Of a DNA stretch of 64,000 nucleotides, positions 62,390-64,000 are shown piece after piece. The notes under the pieces are model-generated. The model worked only from the letters and a program-made list of their open reading frames with translations. It was not told the DNA's origin and searched no databases. Both the position numbers and the translations under genes were made by a program. This DNA is from Gammaproteobacteria bacterium (GTDB lineage Bacteria > Pseudomonadota > Gammaproteobacteria > CAJXQU01): assembly GCA_045110495.1 (NCBI GenBank), contig JBGCGE010000045.1, positions 10,462-74,461 of the forward strand. Direction: 5' to 3'. How positions within the stretch are numbered: position 1 is the first letter of the stretch; each line of letters opens with the position of its first letter.

Positions 62390-63910
62390 ATGGCTAAAAG
62401 ATTAAACATGAGAGACCGTTACGACTACATGACGCGTCTTGGTTGGGACACAACATACCAACCAAAAGAAAAAGTTTTTCCTTATGATAAATATGAAGGA
62501 ATAAAGATTAAAGATTGGTCAGGTTGGGAAGATCCTTTTCGAATGACGATGGATAGCTATTGGAAATATCAGGGCGAAAAAGAAAAAAAGCTTTATGCAA
62601 TTTTAGATGCTTTTGCACAAAATAATGGACATGAAAATATTACGGATGCGAGTTATCTGAACGCGATAAAACTTTTCATACAAGGAATTACACCTGCTGA
62701 ATATTCGGCTCATCGCGGTTTTGCATTTACCGGAAGACATTTTGCTGGTGATGGTGCACGTGTAGCTTGCCAGATGCAGGCAATAGATGAACTGCGTCAT
62801 GCACAAACTCAAATTCATACTATCAGTCACTACAATAAACATTTTAGTGGGATGCACGATTTCACACATTGGGGTGATCGTATCTGGTACTTATCTGTTC
62901 CCAAATCATTTTTTGATGATGCGCGAACCGCGGGGCCATTTGAATTTATGGTGGCGATTGGGTTTTCATTTGAATATGTTTTAACCAATCTGTTGTTTGT
63001 TCCGTTTATGTCGGGAGCTGCGTATAACGGTGACATGGCAACAGTCACATTTGGCTTTTCTGCCCAATCTGATGAAGCCCGTCATATGACGCTAGGTTTA
63101 CAAGTTATCAAATTTATTTTGGAACAACACGAAGATAATTTGCCTATTGTTCAAAAATGGATCGATAAATGGGTGTGGCGCGGTTATAAAGTGTTAGGCC
63201 TTGTTTCAATGATGATGGATTACATGCTGCCAGAAAGTCCAATGTCATGGAAAGAATCGTGGGAGCTTTATTTTGAGGAGAACGCAGGCGCCTTATTTAA
63301 AGACCTTGAACGGTATGGAATAAAACAACCTTCTTACGTGGATATTTGTTCGAAAGAAAAAGAACATTTAAGCCATCAAGTATGGAGTATTTTTTACAAC
63401 CACACTGCTGCCGCCGCATTTCATACCACGCTACCAGATGAGAAAAAAATGGATTGGCTGTCAGAAAAATATCCAGATACGTTTGATAAATTTTACCGTC
63501 CAAGATATGACCTGTGGCGTGAACGAGAAGAAGCGGGCGAGCGGTATTACAGTAAAACGTTACCCATGCTGTGCCAGACTTGTCAGATACCGATGGGCTA
63601 CACAGAGAAAGATGATTTCACCCAGATTGCTTATCGCCATTCTGACTTTGGTGGTGATAGATACAATTTTTGTTCTGATCCTTGCAAAGCTATTTTTGAT
63701 GATGAACCCGAAAAATATGTTCAGGCCTGGATGCCAGTACAACAAATCTTCCAGGGTAATTGTGGCGGTGCTGATATCAAGGATGTATTGAAGTGGTACA
63801 AGCTTGAAGATGGTGTCGACAACATGGATTATCACGGATCATTAGATGAAAAGCGTTGGAAAGAAATGAAAGGTTTTGCAGATAATTCAAGTGATAAAAC
63901 GGGTACATAA
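62390..63910 (+). CDS. dmpN: Phenol hydroxylase alpha (diiron catalytic) subunit (DmpN-like).
   Basis: Diiron ligand motifs DELRHAQTQ and SDEARHMT. Collinear with DmpN throughout (YWKYQGEKEKKLYAILDAFAQNNGH ... FVPFMSGAAYNGDMATVTFGFSAQ). Confidence 0.9.
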   Translation: MAKRLNMRDRYDYMTRLGWDTTYQPKEKVFPYDKYEGIKIKDWSGWEDPFRMTMDSYWKYQGEKEKKLYAILDAFAQNNGHENITDASYLNAIKLFIQGITPAEYSAHRGFAFTGRHFAGDGARVACQMQAIDELRHAQTQIHTISHYNKHFSGMHDFTHWGDRIWYLSVPKSFFDDARTAGPFEFMVAIGFSFEYVLTNLLFVPFMSGAAYNGDMATVTFGFSAQSDEARHMTLGLQVIKFILEQHEDNLPIVQKWIDKWVWRGYKVLGLVSMMMDYMLPESPMSWKESWELYFEENAGALFKDLERYGIKQPSYVDICSKEKEHLSHQVWSIFYNHTAAAAFHTTLPDEKKMDWLSEKYPDTFDKFYRPRYDLWREREEAGERYYSKTLPMLCQTCQIPMGYTEKDDFTQIAYRHSDFGGDRYNFCSDPCKAIFDDEPEKYVQAWMPVQQIFQGNCGGADIKDVLKWYKLEDGVDNMDYHGSLDEKRWKEMKGFADNSSDKTGT

Positions 63911-63951
63911 TTCTTATACTTATGATCAAAAAAATAACAAGAGGAAATAAT

Positions 63952-64000
63952 TATGCCTGTTAAATCTATTGGAGAATATTCATTTCCAGCCATGGATAGT
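63952..64000 (+). CDS. Start of the next operon gene (probably a DmpO-like gamma subunit); 3' end outside the window.
   Basis: ATG with a GAGGAA ribosome-binding site. MPVKSIGEYSFPAMDS runs off the end of the window, at the position of dmpO in dmpKLMNOP. Confidence 0.3.

Overview
A 64-kb chromosomal window from a low-GC (about 40%) Gammaproteobacterium, in which I found no mobile elements, CRISPR arrays or rRNA genes. All calls rest on motif recognition in the six-frame translations and by-eye reading of the nucleotide sequence; no searches were run.

In coordinate order the window holds:
- 1-13 kb: a c-di-GMP and two-component signalling block (GGDEF-EAL proteins, a CHASE/PAS histidine kinase, response regulators) plus an outer-membrane beta-barrel protein.
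- 13.2-14 kb: a thioredoxin-fold gene broken by a -1 frameshift in an A-run, and a tRNA-Arg whose anticodon reads TCG.
- 15.7-20.3 kb: a flagellar/chemotaxis block (YcgR-like PilZ protein, flgN, flgM, flgA, cheV, cheR) with two consensus sigma-28 promoters.
- 20.3-23 kb: a secreted (TAT-signal) agmatine/peptidylarginine deiminase-family enzyme and two tandem uracil-DNA-glycosylase-superfamily genes.
- 23-27 kb: a paraquat-inducible (Pqi) membrane-contact operon with pqiA split into two genes.
- 27-31 kb: housekeeping and accessory genes, including a TPR lipoprotein gene interrupted by an in-frame TAA stop.
- 31.4-34.6 kb: an exbB-exbD-exbD-tonB cluster.
- 35-41.8 kb: purB followed by two unknown genes (one with a secretin-N-like domain), then tesA and the ABC transporter pair ybbA/ybbP.
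- 41.8-42.3 kb: an intergenic repeat cluster next to a small GIY-YIG gene.
- 43-50.5 kb: core genes (dapE, dam, bolA, yciI, yciB, yciO-like, trpS, scpAB).
- 50.5-64 kb: a catabolic island. It contains a large NpRdhA-type reductive-dehalogenase-like iron-sulfur protein, divergent from a ketopantoate-reductase-family oxidoreductase across a palindromic operator. Then come LysE, an ABM-membrane fusion protein, a sulfotransferase, an orphan DUF1329 protein, a transporter, a XylR/DmpR-family sigma-54 activator, and a dmpKLMN(O)-type multicomponent phenol hydroxylase operon preceded by a perfect 24-bp palindrome.

The strongest candidate for an undescribed system is the catabolic island (RdhA-like reductase plus phenol hydroxylase). 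The best-supported anomalies are the in-frame stop in the TPR gene and the A-run frameshift in the thioredoxin-fold gene. The repeat cluster and the purB-linked secretin-N-like pair are the least explained regions.
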